Part shown: positions 1 through 13,219 of the stretch, piece by piece
How positions within the stretch are numbered: the stretch's first letter is position 1
Layout: every line of letters begins with the position of its first letter
NCBI GenBank assembly: GCA_951406725.2
Contig: OX597815.1
Coordinates: forward strand, 197,718,001-197,782,000
Direction of reading: 5' to 3'
From: Octopus vulgaris
Taxonomy: Eukaryota
Length of the DNA stretch: 64,000 nucleotides
Notes under the pieces: model-generated
Databases searched by the model: none
What the model saw: the letters and a program-made list of their open reading frames with translations, nothing else
What the model was told of the DNA's origin: nothing
Program-made: the position numbers and the translations under genes

Positions 1-185
1 TTATTTCCATTGGCTCCTGGTAAACTCTTGTTTATCCTGTTATTATTTGCCCTCTATGGACATAGTGTGCCCGCATGCTAGAGTCCGGGGATAATACAGG
101 TAACGAATGCCGATAGTATGTATGGATATTTCATCCCTTAGTCGCTTACTGTAACTGCTAACTCTGTTTACACTATATATATATA

Positions 186-550
186 CTAGCAGTATCGCCC
201 GGCGTTGCTCGGGTTTGTAAGGGAAATAACTATAAAGCATTTTTAGAGTTATAGCCAAAAAATAGCCAAAAATAATGGTAAATTTTTTTGAGAGTTAAAA
301 AGGTCGAGTTGCGTCCCCTAGAGAGTCTGTGGTTTGTGTTTTTGATTCTCGATCCCATGTCGAATTTATCGATTTTTTTCAGAACTGGGGGAACTTTTCA
401 AAATTTTCGCTGCGTTACTTTTGAATTATGACATTGGGCTATGTGGTGTCAAGTTTCATCAGAATCGGTTGAAAGCCGTGGTCAGGGTGAGGGTTCAACC
501 TAACAGACACACAGACACGCAGACAGACAAACTGCCGTTTATATATATAT
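186..550 (-). mobile_element. Non-autonomous Helitron (Lep1-like)
   Basis: Minus strand ends in GC-rich hairpin ACCCGAGCAACGCCGGGC followed by CTAG|T (186-189). The other end has AAGTTTCATCAGAATCGG and a CAGA-rich microsatellite next to (TA)n. No TSD. Confidence 0.75.
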
Positions 551-663
551 ACAAAATTAAGAGGAATGACCACTAAAGTGGACTCCCTATATGCTAAACA
601 TATACGTACCCGTTGGCCCCCATGTTTAGCATATACGGTGTGGACATTCCTCTTAATTTTGTA
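550..663. repeat. Foldback inverted repeat
   Basis: 550-573 vs 640-663 match at 23/24; 588-601 vs 622-635 match perfectly. Confidence 0.85.
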
Positions 664-1344
664 TGTAAAACAATATTTAATCTTCGGATATTTAAATATG
701 CTAACCCACTGGTTTTAATTGATTAACATCAATTTCTACCCTTATTATTTAATTAGAAATACATATACATTGAAAGATCGAAAGATACATGTATTTAAAT
801 ATTTATATGTATATGTGTATCTGTGTTATGTGCGATTGTAAATCTTTGCGTCTGCTATTGGCTATCGATATTTGTATTTGAAATATAACTAATCACGTGC
901 CTCATTTTATTTCCTTTTTTACTTTACATAATCTATTTGTACCTGCTTTCATGTCAACTTATTTGTAAATGTTTTCAATTTTTTCTAACTGTATTGTTAC
1001 CATATAAATGTTTAGAAATTCTTTTTTTTTTTGCTTCTTGCATCTGAAATTTCTATGTAATATTCGGTTATAAATCTTTTATACAATATTTTCTTACAAG
1101 AACGTAACAAGACTTATTTTTTCTAGAAAGTCAAAAATTTCTATATTGTTTCTGTCTGTTACTGTTATTTATTTTCAACACTGCAAATATTGTTAAACAA
1201 TTTTTTTCCTATTCATTCGAACTTCCTAATTTGTTTCCCAGTAACAAAAACTTAAGAGATTGATTGTTCGAAAATCCGTCCTTTCTGTTTATTGAGATAA
1301 ATTACATCTTCATGATGTTTTCAAAACTTACTTTGTATGCTTAC

Positions 1345-1443
1345 ATGTATGTATGTATGTATGTATGTATGTATGTATGTATGTATGTATGTATGTATAT
1401 ATATATATTTGCATGCACACAAACACACACATAATCATGTGCG

Positions 1444-1491
<48 letters not shown>

Positions 1492-1560
1492 AATAAATAT
1501 ATGTCTATATTATATATATATATATGCGTGTGTGTGTGTGTGAGTCTGTGTGTGTTTGTG
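1345..1560. repeat. Compound microsatellite (TATG)n/(TA)n/(TG)n
   Basis: Direct reading. Confidence 0.95.
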
Positions 1561-1889
1561 CGTACGTGAATGTATAAGCCTGAATCTATTGCTAAGATGT
1601 TAAGGGTAGGCCATTGTTATTAGACTTATATTGTTGCTACATATGTATTCCTGTCGCAACTGAGCTAATATTTAATTTTTTATTATAACTTTATGGTAGT
1701 AATTTATTTTTGCTGCTAGTGTTGTGTACAACAACAAGCCATATGCCAAACAACAGAATACATTTAAAAAAAAAGAGTTGAAATATCACATACCATGTAA
1801 AGTGTAATAAATATTTTCTGAAATATATACTTTTAAATATACATATATTCAAACTGTTTTAAATCACACACGCAGTTACATAGTAACAT

Positions 1890-1932
1890 GTGTATATAAA
1901 AATATATGTATATATACATGCATATATATCTA

Positions 1933-1981
<49 letters not shown>

Positions 1982-2370
1982 AGGTGTGTGTATATATGTA
2001 TGTATATATATATATATATATACATATGCGTATATATATAAATATATTCATATAGATATATATACACATATATATGTATATATATATATATTTATATATA
2101 TGTATATATAATAATATATATATATATACATATACACACACACACCTATACATACATACATGCATCCATACTTACATATATATATATATACATATGCGTA
2201 TATATATAAATATATTCATATAGATATATATACACATATATATGTATATATATATATATTTATATATATGTATATATAATAATATATATATATATATATA
2301 TACATATACACACACACACCTATACATACATACATGCATCCATACTTACATATATATATATATATAGGCG
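1890..2370. repeat. TA-rich microsatellite field containing a ~170 bp tandem duplication
   Basis: 2021-2190 is repeated almost exactly at ~2190-2366. Confidence 0.9.
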
Positions 2371-3888
2371 CGCACGCACAGACCCACACAGAAACAGAAG
2401 TATGTATTCATATCTACATGTATGCCGTATATATGCATGCATACATATATACAAATGTATAGGTATTTTTTATATGTGCTTGTATGTGCGTATCTTTGCA
2501 TTTGTTTGTATTCGAGTTTGAATGCTATTTGTGTGGCCTTCTATGAATTTTTAGAATAGCAAAACACATATCATTTCTTTCTGAATACGTTGCACCTGTA
2601 ACTACCGATATAATTCAAAGCAATGTCAGTAAATATTATACTGTTGAAATAATATTTGTTTAGCCATCTGGCATCTTTCTAGCTTTCGTATTAATAACAA
2701 GAAAAAAACATCTTTATTTTCACTGAAAATGCTACATATTTTCTCCCTCAAATTGGAATTTCGATTACAATTTTGCTTTCTTTTTATATTCAGAGAAGTT
2801 AATTCGATTTATTTTAGAATTCCTTATAAACGTTGTCTGTTGCAACATGTATCTTATAAGTGCTTCTGAAATCATAACGTATTCACGTTATCTCATTCTT
2901 ATACACATTACAAATATATATTTTTAAAAAATCAAACAATATCAGTGTAGTTTTGCTATGAATGATTGTGCAGTTTGTCTAGTTGCTTTAACACTTTACC
3001 AATATTTTCTCATAATTTTTGTTGACTTGTGTAGTCAAGGCTGTTCTCAATTTTGTTTCGCCTCAGACTTTACGAAAGGAATCTTGCTTTTGCAGTTTGT
3101 GTCGTTGTTGTCTTCACTTTCCATTACAAATAGATTTATCAATGATTTAAAGAGGAAATATGAACGTTTCTTTCAATTCAGATAATAAATCTTATTTTCC
3201 TGGTAAAATGCATTGCAATTTTGAAAGTGATATGATGCTGCCGTGTAGAAGCCTATACTGAAAGTAGCAAAATAGTGTCACTTACAATGATTTAAGGCAA
3301 TTAATTTTTACTTGAGACCTCTAACAAAATTCAATTTTTCTAAAAAGGAAAGTAAGCATCATACTGACATAAATGGAAATTGTTTGAATTATTTCGTTCC
3401 TTTCTAATTTACAATACCATCCCACGATAAATGTACTAAAAATTTATTTCATTTCCAACTTCGATTGTTATTCAACCACCAAACTGTAGAGAATACCACA
3501 AAATATTTAATATTTTCCAGAATATATATAAAATCTTGCTTAGTTGTCATTAGTTGAGTAATTGAAGAAAGCAAAGGTAGACATGGGCAAAATTTGATTA
3601 AAGTTGTTAAAATATATGTGAGAGTCTTTGCTGTTTCTCGTGAACGCGGATAAAATTTGTCACTCTGTCTTCAAATTATTGGCAAATACCAGAAATTAGG
3701 TGAATTCACTTAATAATAATGTTCTTTCAGAGTCGAATACCATACTAGAATAATCGAATAATCTTTTAATTACATTGTGTCTAATTAATTACACTACGTT
3801 TAGTTAACGAAGTAGCTATTTGTAACAGTATTTTTCAATGCAAAATTTATTTATGGAAACAATATCATTTGAACGTTTACTGTCTTTA

Positions 3889-4104
3889 CGAGGGAGTGTT
3901 GAATATTCCTAGTTGTAAGGGTATTGTGAAAGGCATGACTGGGGTCCAGACTTCTGAGTTATTTTACAGGGCTTAGAAAGCCTGAAGGACTTCTGCAATA
4001 ACTGCGTGAATCTCAGTGGGGAATATGCTGAATAAAATCCTAATTAACTGATGTTCTTGTATATTCTTTTACCCCAAAACCAGGAACTTTTCGGCACCCT
4101 TTCG
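3889..4104 (+). mobile_element. Mariner-derived MITE
   Basis: TA|CGAGGGAGTGTTGAATATTCCT...AGGAACTTTTCGGCACCCTTTCG|TA imperfect TIRs; internal remnant of a transposase C-terminus (CNNCVNLSGEYAE*). Confidence 0.8.
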
Positions 4105-4577
4105 TATATTATGGTTCTGGGAATATATTTCTCTGACCCACCCCGGAACTTTTCAGGGATTCTTCATATGTTAACCTCAGATAAATCAACTCATATTGAA
4201 GCATCCATATCCTTTTCATAAACATTAAGCATCATTAAATCATTAGAAATTATCCCGCGTATTATTTCACCGATTCCACTCAAAATAATATTTTGTATTT
4301 ACGGAGAGAAAAAATGATCAATTGCAAACTTTGCGAAAATATAATTACTCATTAAGCTAGATAAAAAGAATGCGCTTAAATTAAACACAAAAATTCCATG
4401 TTGAATTTGAGTACAGTAAACCATGTTAGTAGAATTGATTTTAAAAGCTCTTTTGTACTTTTCTTGGTTTTAATATGCCTTCTTCCTCACACACCTTTTG
4501 CTTTCTTTATCTTTTTCTCCCATGCCAACTAAAACATATGTAAGCATGCATGTATACACACATACACGCACAAAGCT

Positions 4578-5622
4578 ATTAGATGAGGGTCAAATTTAAC
4601 ATGTCTATTAACATGGAGTGTAAAAACGAACATGTTTGCCAAATTTTATTTTTTATCTCCGTAAAGGCAAGAAAGCTGCTGAGACCCACAAAGAGATAAG
4701 CAAAGTTTATGGTAGTGATTGCTTAACAGAACGTACATGTCAGAAACTGTTTAAAAATTCCGTTCTCGACAATTTTCACTCAAACGTGTTCAACGTTCTG
4801 GTCGACCTGCTGAAGTTGATGATGAACGAATGAAAGCCATGAATGAGTCTGATTGTCATATAAATGTCTGAGAGATTGCAGAGAAGTTAAATTTATCACA
4901 CTCAACAATTGCAAATCGCTTAAAATGGATTCCACATAAATTGAAAGAGATTTACTTAACATAATGAATCAATATTCGCGACATACATCTCAAACGCAAT
5001 GAAATCGACCTTATTTCCAAACGTATAGATTGTCTACAATAACTTCAATCGAAGTCGACAATGGTCCAAGCGTAATGAACCAGTACAGGCCACTTCGAAA
5101 GCTGAATTGCACCGAAAGAAGATCATCCTGTTAATTTGGTAGAATACAAGGATATTGTGTTTTTTTGAGTTGCTACCAAGGAACCAAACGATCAATTCAG
5201 ATGTTTACTTTCAACAACTACTGAAACTGGAGGAAGCAATCAAAGATAAACGGCCAGAATTGGCAAATCGTAAAGGAATCGTATTCTAACAATGACAACA
5301 CTAGACCACACACGTCTTTGCTAACTCGTGAAAAATTATTGGGAAGTGATGTCACATCCACCATATAGCCCTGAATTTATTTCGAAGTTTACAAAATTCT
5401 TTGAATGGTAAGACTTTCAATAATGATGATGACCTGAAATCGCACTTGCTTCAGTTTGGGGCTGACAAGAACTAGAGGTTCTATGAGCGCGGAATCATGA
5501 AGTTGTCAGAAAAGAAAACCTCATCGAACAAAATGGAAAGCATATGATTCATTCTTTGTATGAAAAGAAAATACTTATTTTTCTCACTAAAAAACCAAAA
5601 TGGCTTTCTTGCTAACCCAACA
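4578..5622 (+). mobile_element. Decayed mariner transposon (Mos1/Hsmar1-like transposase pseudogene)
   Basis: Frameshifted fragments YLRKGKKAAETHKEISKVYGSDCLTERTCQK, RSGRPAEVD, WIPHKL, HPPYSPE, GIMKL..IEQNG; 3' TIR-like TTTCTTGCTAACCCAA. Confidence 0.9.
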
Positions 5623-5629
5623 TATATTA

Positions 5630-6081
5630 TTTTATTCTTTCAGTTAATTACCTGCGGCCATGCTGGAGTACTGCCTTCAAATTTTTTAGTAGAACAAATC
5701 AAACCCAGGCCTTAATTTTTAAAACCTAATACTTATTATTTCAGTCTATTTTGCCGAACCGCTAACTTACGTAGAGGAAACCTCTGCAACACCGCTTGTA
5801 CAGCGGTAATGGGGGACAAGCACAAACACAAAAGCACACGCACAGGGATATATACGTATATATATATATAATATAAATTAGAGATAAAACCACGATCATG
5901 CAACTCAAACAGTGATAGACATAAACCAATACATAAATAACAAATAATATATATTTTTATAAAACATAACTTATAACTAAATCTCAAAATGTATAAAACG
6001 AATGATAAATATATAATATAATAAGTAAAATCACTACGTACGTTTCATGGCTACAATTGAATTATACTACCCTAATATTAT

Positions 6082-6158
<77 letters not shown>

Positions 6159-6260
6159 ATATGTATGTATGTATATACGACGGGCTTCTTTGCGTTTCCG
6201 TCAACCACATCCACTTACAAAGTTTTAGTCCACTTGATGCTATATTAGAAAACACTACAC
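5630..6260 (-). mobile_element. tRNA-headed SINE family A, degraded and interrupted
   Basis: 3' half at ~5630-5850 and middle domain at ~6173-6260 match the copies at 13014-14337; foreign sequence lies between them. Confidence 0.75.
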
Positions 6261-6276
6261 GAAGGAGAATAATTAG

Positions 6277-6371
6277 TTCATACGTACGTTTCACTATTGC
6301 GGGTTTTTGAAACGCTGCATTGAGTAATACAAGTTGAATTTAATACTTAAACACAACAGATCATCAGGGAA
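6277..6371 (-). ncRNA. Type I hammerhead ribozyme motif (PLE-derived)
   Basis: Minus strand: UUCC-CUGAUGA-UCUGUUG...CAAUAGU-GAAAC-GUAC-GUA-UGAA; palindromic helix III; stem I has one mismatch. Confidence 0.65.
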
Positions 6372-6920
6372 TACTCTGCTTTGTGTTACAGAGAATTAAT
6401 ATCTAGTTTTTGTGCAGATGATAAGTTTTACATTAATATTTTGTGAAGAACGAAGGAAGAACACATTTAACAGAGGAAAATTATATGGCACTAAGAAGAG
6501 AGAGAGAGAGAGATAAGTAGATAGAAAAGACAAAAGAGATAATAACTAGAGAGAAAATTGATAGAAAATGACGTGCCAGTAACTGAATATGAAACAAGAA
6601 GATAGAAAACAGGAAGAGAAAAAAGTAAGAGTGGATGACAGAAAGAAAGGAAGGGAACACGAAATTGGACATAGAAGGGATAAATAACAAAATATGTAAC
6701 AATGAATGAATGAATATATAAATAGAAAAATGAATAAATACAATCAAGAGATAGAGAAGGATGAAAATGCAAAGTGAGAAGACAATTTATGACAGAAAGA
6801 AGAAAGAGAGTACAAGGAAATGGAAATTTCTTTCAAGATTCTGGGACTGGGGCGTACATTTAAACAGTAGCAATGCGTGGTTTAACGAGGAAAATTTACA
6901 TAAACATTTCTAAGCAGCTA

Positions 6921-7310
6921 TACTCTTTACTCTTTTACTCTTTTACATATTTCAGTCATTTGACTGCGGCCATGCTGGAGCACTGTCTTTAGTCGTGCAC
7001 ATCGACCCCAAGACTTATTCTTTGTAAGCCTAGTACTTATTCTATCGGGCTGTGTGTTTACGGGGGACATAAACACACCAGCATCGCTAAGTTACGGGGA
7101 TGTAAACACACCAGCACAAACACACACACACATATATATACATATATACGACGGGCTTCTTTCAGCTTCCATCTACATAATCCACTCACAAGGCTTTAGT
7201 CGGTTCGAGGCTATAATAGAAGATACTTGCACAAGTTGTTATGCATTGGGACTGAACCCGGAACCATGTGGTTGGTAAGCAAGCTACTTACCACACAACC
7301 ACTCCTGCGC
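6921..7310 (-). mobile_element. tRNA-headed SINE family A, near full length
   Basis: A-box TGGTTGTGTGG and B-box GGTTCAGTCCC, internal microsatellite, (GTAAAAGA)n tail. Confidence 0.92.
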
Positions 7311-7947
7311 TTATTTCATCAATATTATACAAAACTGGTATATCAAGTCACAATTGCTTACAAATTTCATGTATGCGTAGATTTAGTTACATAGTTATTG
7401 GCATGTAAAATAATTAGATTGCCAACAACAGTCCCCACTCGTGTGCCTTTTGAATCCTTGAACTCTTTAAATCTTTGGTTATTCTTAACCGTAAGAACAC
7501 AATATCACATCGATAAAGATTGCAAGTACACAATATTTCTAAGAAATATGGACAAATTTACGCGAAAGTATATGAATCTTCTTGTATATTCCCATACAAT
7601 ACTACACAATACAATATTTATATATATATATGTACACAAAATGGGAGAAGAACGCAAAACATCGTATAATTTGTTTATTTTATTCACTGTTGGAATCCAT
7701 ATTTCTCTTTGATCTTCCATACCCTAAACAATATCAACAGAAATAGCTTTACCCATTTCGGCATGATTAAGAACCCAACATTTTAAACCCAAACTGAGAA
7801 TGAATCAGGAGTTTATAACAACTGCAACATCAATAGTATAAAAGCAAAGATTCGCTATAATGCCTACATTACGGAGTAATCGCAACTTTTCAGACTGTAA
7901 AGTCGACATTCCCATTCATGCACGGGTCATTTTTTCTCAAACGAGAA

Positions 7948-8057
7948 CATGTATAAATCTTCTTGCCCAAAGAAATCTTATTGCCACATGTAGAAATATT
8001 ATTGCCCAAAGATATCTTATTGCCTCATGTATAAATCTTATTGCCCAAAGAAATGTT
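7948..8057. repeat. 39-bp minisatellite, ~2.8 units
   Basis: Unit CATGTATAAATCTTCTTGCCCAAAGAAATCTTATTGCCA, built from two AAATCTTATTGCC subrepeats. Confidence 0.85.
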
Positions 8058-8169
8058 CAGCTTTTTAATAGCCGGCAAAACTGAAACAAATTGCAACATC
8101 ATATCGGACAATTATTAGCCACATGGATAAACTCGCTCAAATCATTCCAAGAACCGTAGCCGGCGATGA

Positions 8170-8412
8170 GTGGCAGCAACAAAAACAACAACAGCAACAA
8201 TCATATCAGCAACGTAAACACAGACAACAACAATTACTACTACAACCGCAAAACCAGCAATAAAAGCCACAATAAAGGCTGTAACAAAAAAGGCCCTCTT
8301 AGGCACTATATCACAAAAAAACCCACCACCAACTTCATCGACATCGTTATTAGGGCAAACATCTTCCACCACCACCACCACCCTCACTGCCACCCCGGCT
8401 GCTACTACTACA

Positions 8413-8443
<31 letters not shown>

Positions 8444-8830
8444 CTTCTTCTTCTTCTTCTTCTTCTTCTTCTTCTCCTTCTTCTTCCTCCTCCTCTTCTT
8501 CTTCTTCTTCTTCTTCTTCTTCTTCTTCTTCTTCTTCTTCTTCTTCTACTTCACCATCGGCGTCTTCCGCCTCCTCTCCTTCCACTTTTATAACTTCTGT
8601 CAGTGACCAACCTCAGTCACTCCTCTCTTCGTCTGCCTTCGACCAATCTCAACAACTATTTCTTTCTCCCTCATCCATGAACCCCACTGCCTCAACGTCA
8701 ACACTACCAACTTCAATAACATCTACCACCACCACCACCACCACCACTACTACTGCTACTACTACTACTACTGCTGCTGTTGCTGCTGCCAACCTCAATC
8801 TCTCCCTCCTCCTCCTCCAGTCCCTTCTGC
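8170..8830. repeat. Trinucleotide low-complexity tract (CAA, CAC, TTC, TAC, CTG)
   Basis: Long (TTC)n at ~8413-8545 plus mixed triplet runs. Confidence 0.95.
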
Positions 8831-9039
8831 CCCATTTTCATGAATATGAAAGAAATCTAAACCTAAATTTATTTACAATCTATTGATTCTTAAGGCACCC
8901 ACACGGCTACAGTGATATCCAGAGACATGCAACGGTTCTTTACGTGCGTGGCTATGCATATACGGTGACTTCCAACAGCATAAGACAGATGATGTTGGTA
9001 TCAATTTAAATTCACCAAAGTCTTGATTTCCGAAGCATC

Positions 9040-9362
9040 CATCTTCTACAAGTATCATGCTCGCCTTATATCACAGCACAATTTCCCCTCAGCTGGCCCT
9101 GTCCTCTTTAACATCATGCCACGACACATAATAGATGAAAATGATTTCATAACGTTCAAACAGTTTTTCTTTTTATCTCTCCCGAAAATTGTAGATAAAC
9201 CAGCTTCACCTAGATTTAGTCCTACAAACAATGAATCTTTACTCAAATGAGCTACGATGCCCAAAAGAACGACTAGCATTAAACATCATTCCATGTACTG
9301 TCCAGGCGATGCTATTAAGATGCATACAGCTTGGGCCAGTACTGGTCGAAAATACCCTAAGT
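9040..9362 (+). mobile_element. CR1-group LINE 3' end (ORF2 C-terminus and tail)
   Basis: QHNFPSAGPVLFNIMP..FK....IVDKP....NNESLL; homologous to the minus-strand copies at 41930-42720. Confidence 0.75.
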
Positions 9363-9424
9363 ATATGTATATACATACGTACACGCAAATACACACACAC
9401 ATATATACATATGCCTATGTATTA

Positions 9425-9580
9425 TAGTTGAAATTTATAGAAAAACAAAAGGCGAAGACAGGTGTATGAACAACAAGCAAGTGTATTGACGCTCGAGAAA
9501 ATAAAAAGGTCTCTTACAGTGCGAGCTTACGCTCTTCAACAAAAAGAAATAAGAAAATATAAACAGAGACAGAATGAATA
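9425..9580 (-). mobile_element. PLE terminal (pLTR-like) remnant with a degenerate hammerhead
   Basis: Same family as 56620-56850 and 57590-57730; minus strand TTGAAGAGCGTAAGCTC. Confidence 0.6.
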
Positions 9581-9584
9581 AAAT

Positions 9585-9742
9585 TTGCAGTCATTTGCCT
9601 GGAAGCATGCTAGAAGAACATTTTGAGGGGGATTTAGTCGAACAAATAGATCCCAAAACTTATTCTTTGAAGCCTAGTACTTAATATATCGGTTTATTTT
9701 GCCGAACCGCTAAGTTACAGAGACATAAACACACCAGCATAT
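9585..9742 (-). mobile_element. SINE family A 3' fragment, truncated by a mariner
   Basis: GCCGAACCGCTAAGTTAC and CCTAGTACTT motifs. Confidence 0.75.
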
Positions 9743-9745
9743 ACA

Positions 9746-10970
9746 TGGGAGGTGATATCAAAAAGTTCCAGGACTGGTTCTGAAGCGTACCAACACATGG
9801 CAGCAGACGATTGCGTGGGCAGTGAGAGCTAGCAGTGACCTTCATGGGGCAGTGTGAGGGTGACTTTACTGTCTTTACTACGTAATTTCGTGATCACGTT
9901 TATGCAGTAGTCTGCGAGTTTGTCATGAACAAGGAGTTGGAATAAAAAGCCGACATGAAATTTTGTGTTAAACTTCGTAAGCCTATTACTATGGAGCATG
10001 TTTCGGCCAGCTTAGAATGGCGTGGTAATGAGGTGTACGAAATCTTTCGAGTAGGTCGAGCTCTTCAAACCCGAAGAAATCCACTGCAAAATGATGAGGG
10101 ATCTGGAAGACTTTCCACGAGGGGCAACCCCGGAAATGCGGAGAAAATTCAGCAGCTTTTGCATTAGGATCATCGGAGGACAATCAACGACATTGCTGAT
10201 GTTGTTGGTCTGACGTGTGGGTCCGTGCAGGGAATCTTAACCCCTGAATTGAATATACAGCGTGTCTCTACCAAGTTTGACACCCGCCTGCTGTGTAGTG
10301 AGCAGAAAGAACATCACGTCGAAGACTGTGAAGATCTCCGTCATCGTGCCGCTTATGCGCTTATGACATATCCTTCCTGTCGAGGAAGGACTGGATCTAC
10401 GGGTACGACCCTGAAGCGAAGCAGCAATCGTCACAATCAAAGAGCCATTCATCCGCATGACCGTGGAAGGCATGAAAGAGCCGCAGTTCAATCAAGTGCA
10501 TGCTCATCATTATTTTCGATATCCGCGGTATTATACATCGCGAATTCGTCCCCCAGGGTGAGACCGTCAATCGAGAGTTCTACTGCGAGGTTTTGAAGCG
10601 TTTGAGGGAGGACATCCGGCGTAAGCTACCAGATCTGTGGAGCGCGAAGTATTGAATCCTTCACGATGTCAATGCATCTTGTCAGTGATCTCTCCTCACA
10701 TGTAAGTTTCTCGCTAAAAACAACACGGTATCACTAACGCATCTGCCAAATTTGCCAGATTTAGTACTTCTATCTCTTCCTCAAAATGAAAAGACAACGC
10801 AAAAGTCACCTTTTTAACACTGTTTTCGAGATCCAGAGCAAATTGCAGAAAAGGACCTCGATTCGCTTACGGAAAACGACTGCCAAGCCAGATTCCAAAA
10901 GTGGCAGGAAGGCTGGGGCCGGTGTATTGCTGTACAAGGTGTTTACTTCCAAGGGAAATAATCAATTGAA
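9746..10970 (+). mobile_element. Decayed mariner transposon, second family
   Basis: TIR GGTGATATCAAAAAGTTCCAGGACTGG; fragments KFCVKL, SGRLST, RRTINDIADVVG, YGYDPEAKQQS, FDIRGIIHREFVP, FYCEVLKRLRE; many stops and frameshifts. Confidence 0.9.
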
Positions 10971-11854
10971 AGAAATTGGATCAACTGAAAGAAATTGCAA
11001 CTTTATTCTTTAAGAATCTTTGTCATCGCCAGCATCTCATTCCGGTTCATAAAATTGGACACTTTTAAGCAGAACTTATATTATTATTATATGTGGAGTA
11101 AGTCGTATTTTTGAGACATATCAGTGCAAAACTGCATTTATCTGGCCTCTTCAAGTTATCACTCTTTCGAATCGTGTATATAATTTGCCGTCCAACAATC
11201 TCTCTATTTAAAGGATATATGAGCCTAGATGTGTATTTGCCTGTGCGCACATGGACTAACATTTATAAACACATCAGGTAAATGTGATTGCCACATTAAG
11301 GATTTTTCTGTACGAGCATATGGTTTTGTGCGCGTGTGTGTGTATGCATGTGTGTATCTGACTGTCTTTGTTCATGTGCGTGCCTTTACGTATATGTGTG
11401 TGAGCTTTAAGGTATGTGTTCTCTATGTGCGAACTTCTATTAATTACAGGTAATAGATTCATGAAATTACTTTGTGCAGCAATAAATATATAGGTATTAA
11501 TTTTCTTCAAATTAGAATTCTTATTAATTGGATGTGATCATTTTGTATCATGTTCTCTAGATCGAAAACGAATTTTTATCGCTAGCTCCATCCTACACAT
11601 ACACCCACACACACGAACATATACATATGTCACTTCTTCGAATTCAGCCTATGATTGATTACGAAATGCCGCTTAGAAGCAGTCAACTACTTTGGTATCA
11701 TTTCATGTAGTTATTCTGTGGAACATATTAAATCTAATAAATTTATAAATTAATAAAGTATTAATATTAATTTTAATAAATCTATTATGAATTCGAAAAC
11801 TTGTATCATATCGTAACATACGGCATGTTGAATTTTTAATCTATATTACTTGAA

Positions 11855-12030
11855 ACTCTAGGAATTATATCATTTATATATATATATATACATAAAGTTA
11901 TATAAGTTACATGTTCTCACACAAATTAATAAGAGAAGATGGCAGCAAATTTTTGATTGTGAAATTGATGCGAAAATATATTGTAAGCTCTAAAATTTTG
12001 CAACAAAATAATTCGTGAATAATGCATTCT
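11855..12030 (+). repeat. Old local direct duplication, copy 1 (copy 2 at ~14346-14535)
   Basis: Shared CATGTTCTCACACAAATT.ATAAGAGAAGATG..GTGAAATTGATG.GAAAATATA. Confidence 0.8.
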
Positions 12031-12473
12031 ATGATACAAGTTTAAAATAATATACACAGCGCATATTTGAATAACATTTCAAATTCCACATAGTTTGATA
12101 AGTCATATTACACTATCATGTGTTGATTAAATATACTCATATGAACCCCTGAATTCTCAAAATGTAATCAGTAACTCAAGGAGCATTTGTTAATTGCTGT
12201 TTCAGAATACGTCAACTTAGCAAAATTGATTGTATATATATTAAGGTAGTATATACATATATTAAGGCATTGTATATATATACGTAAACAAAATAAGCAA
12301 CAATTATATCCAAGGTAGAGTAGTACAATTGTTTCATGCTACTTCAATTTATTAAACACTTGTTGCTTATATTGATTATAATCACCCCATTTGATTTATA
12401 TGAATAATATCATACAAAATGTTGGTGTCTTTAACTTAAGTACCATATTCATTGCAATCTAAATTTTGCTGAA

Positions 12474-12475
<2 letters not shown>

Positions 12476-12552
<77 letters not shown>
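12476..12552. repeat. (TA)n microsatellite
   Basis: Direct reading. Confidence 0.97.
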
Positions 12553-12554
<2 letters not shown>

Positions 12555-12711
12555 ATATATATTGATTGATTGTATACATATATATTAAGGCATTAAAACC
12601 ATCGTAGATATATACAGAATTCTATCAGGTTAAGTTCTCATACTTGTACTTGACAAAGATTCAGTACATAGTTGAAAACAACATAAAAAATGTTGAACCC
12701 AGCTGTTGTGA

Positions 12712-12908
12712 TATTGGTTTCGCATTTTGGCAAGTTGTGCGCTATTTCGTGGGGAGGGATAAGTCAATTTTTATCGACCCCAATGTTTAACCGGTTCTTA
12801 TTACATCGACCCCGAATTGGTGAAAGGAAATGTCGACCACAGCGAAATTTGAAATCAAAACTTAAAGACGGACGCAATGTCGGTAAGCATTTTACCCGGT
12901 GTGTTAAA
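12712..12908 (-). mobile_element. SINE family B (Deu/Nin domain), degraded
   Basis: Similar to the reverse complement of 37733-37953. Confidence 0.7.
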
Positions 12909-13013
12909 AAAACCCATAAAAGATGATACATTTCTCCTATCTTCAGTAATATAAAAACTAAACGTAAAAGGCTTACAGCTTTAAAATATAATTTACAAAA
13001 TAAGAACATATAA

Positions 13014-13184
13014 GACGCAGGAGTGGCTGTGTGGTAAGTAGCTTGCTAACCAACCACATGGTTCCGGGTTCAGTCCCACTGCGTGGCACCTTGGGCAAGT
13101 GTCTTCTGCTATAGCCTCGGGCCGACCAATGCCTTGTGAGTGGATTTGGTAGATGGAAACTGAAAGAAGCCTGTCGTATATATG

Positions 13185-13219
<35 letters not shown>

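Noticed and set aside
7948-8057. Possible CRISPR-like array
   Set aside because: Contiguous tandem units without unique spacers, eukaryotic context, no cas genes
8142-8606. Poly-Glu and poly-Phe ORFs (147/146 aa)
   Set aside because: Produced by (TTC)n and neighbouring triplet repeats; no domain or splice support
13014-13090. tRNA gene
   Set aside because: The A/B boxes belong to a SINE head that continues into the SINE body; the same applies to 37733 and 19603
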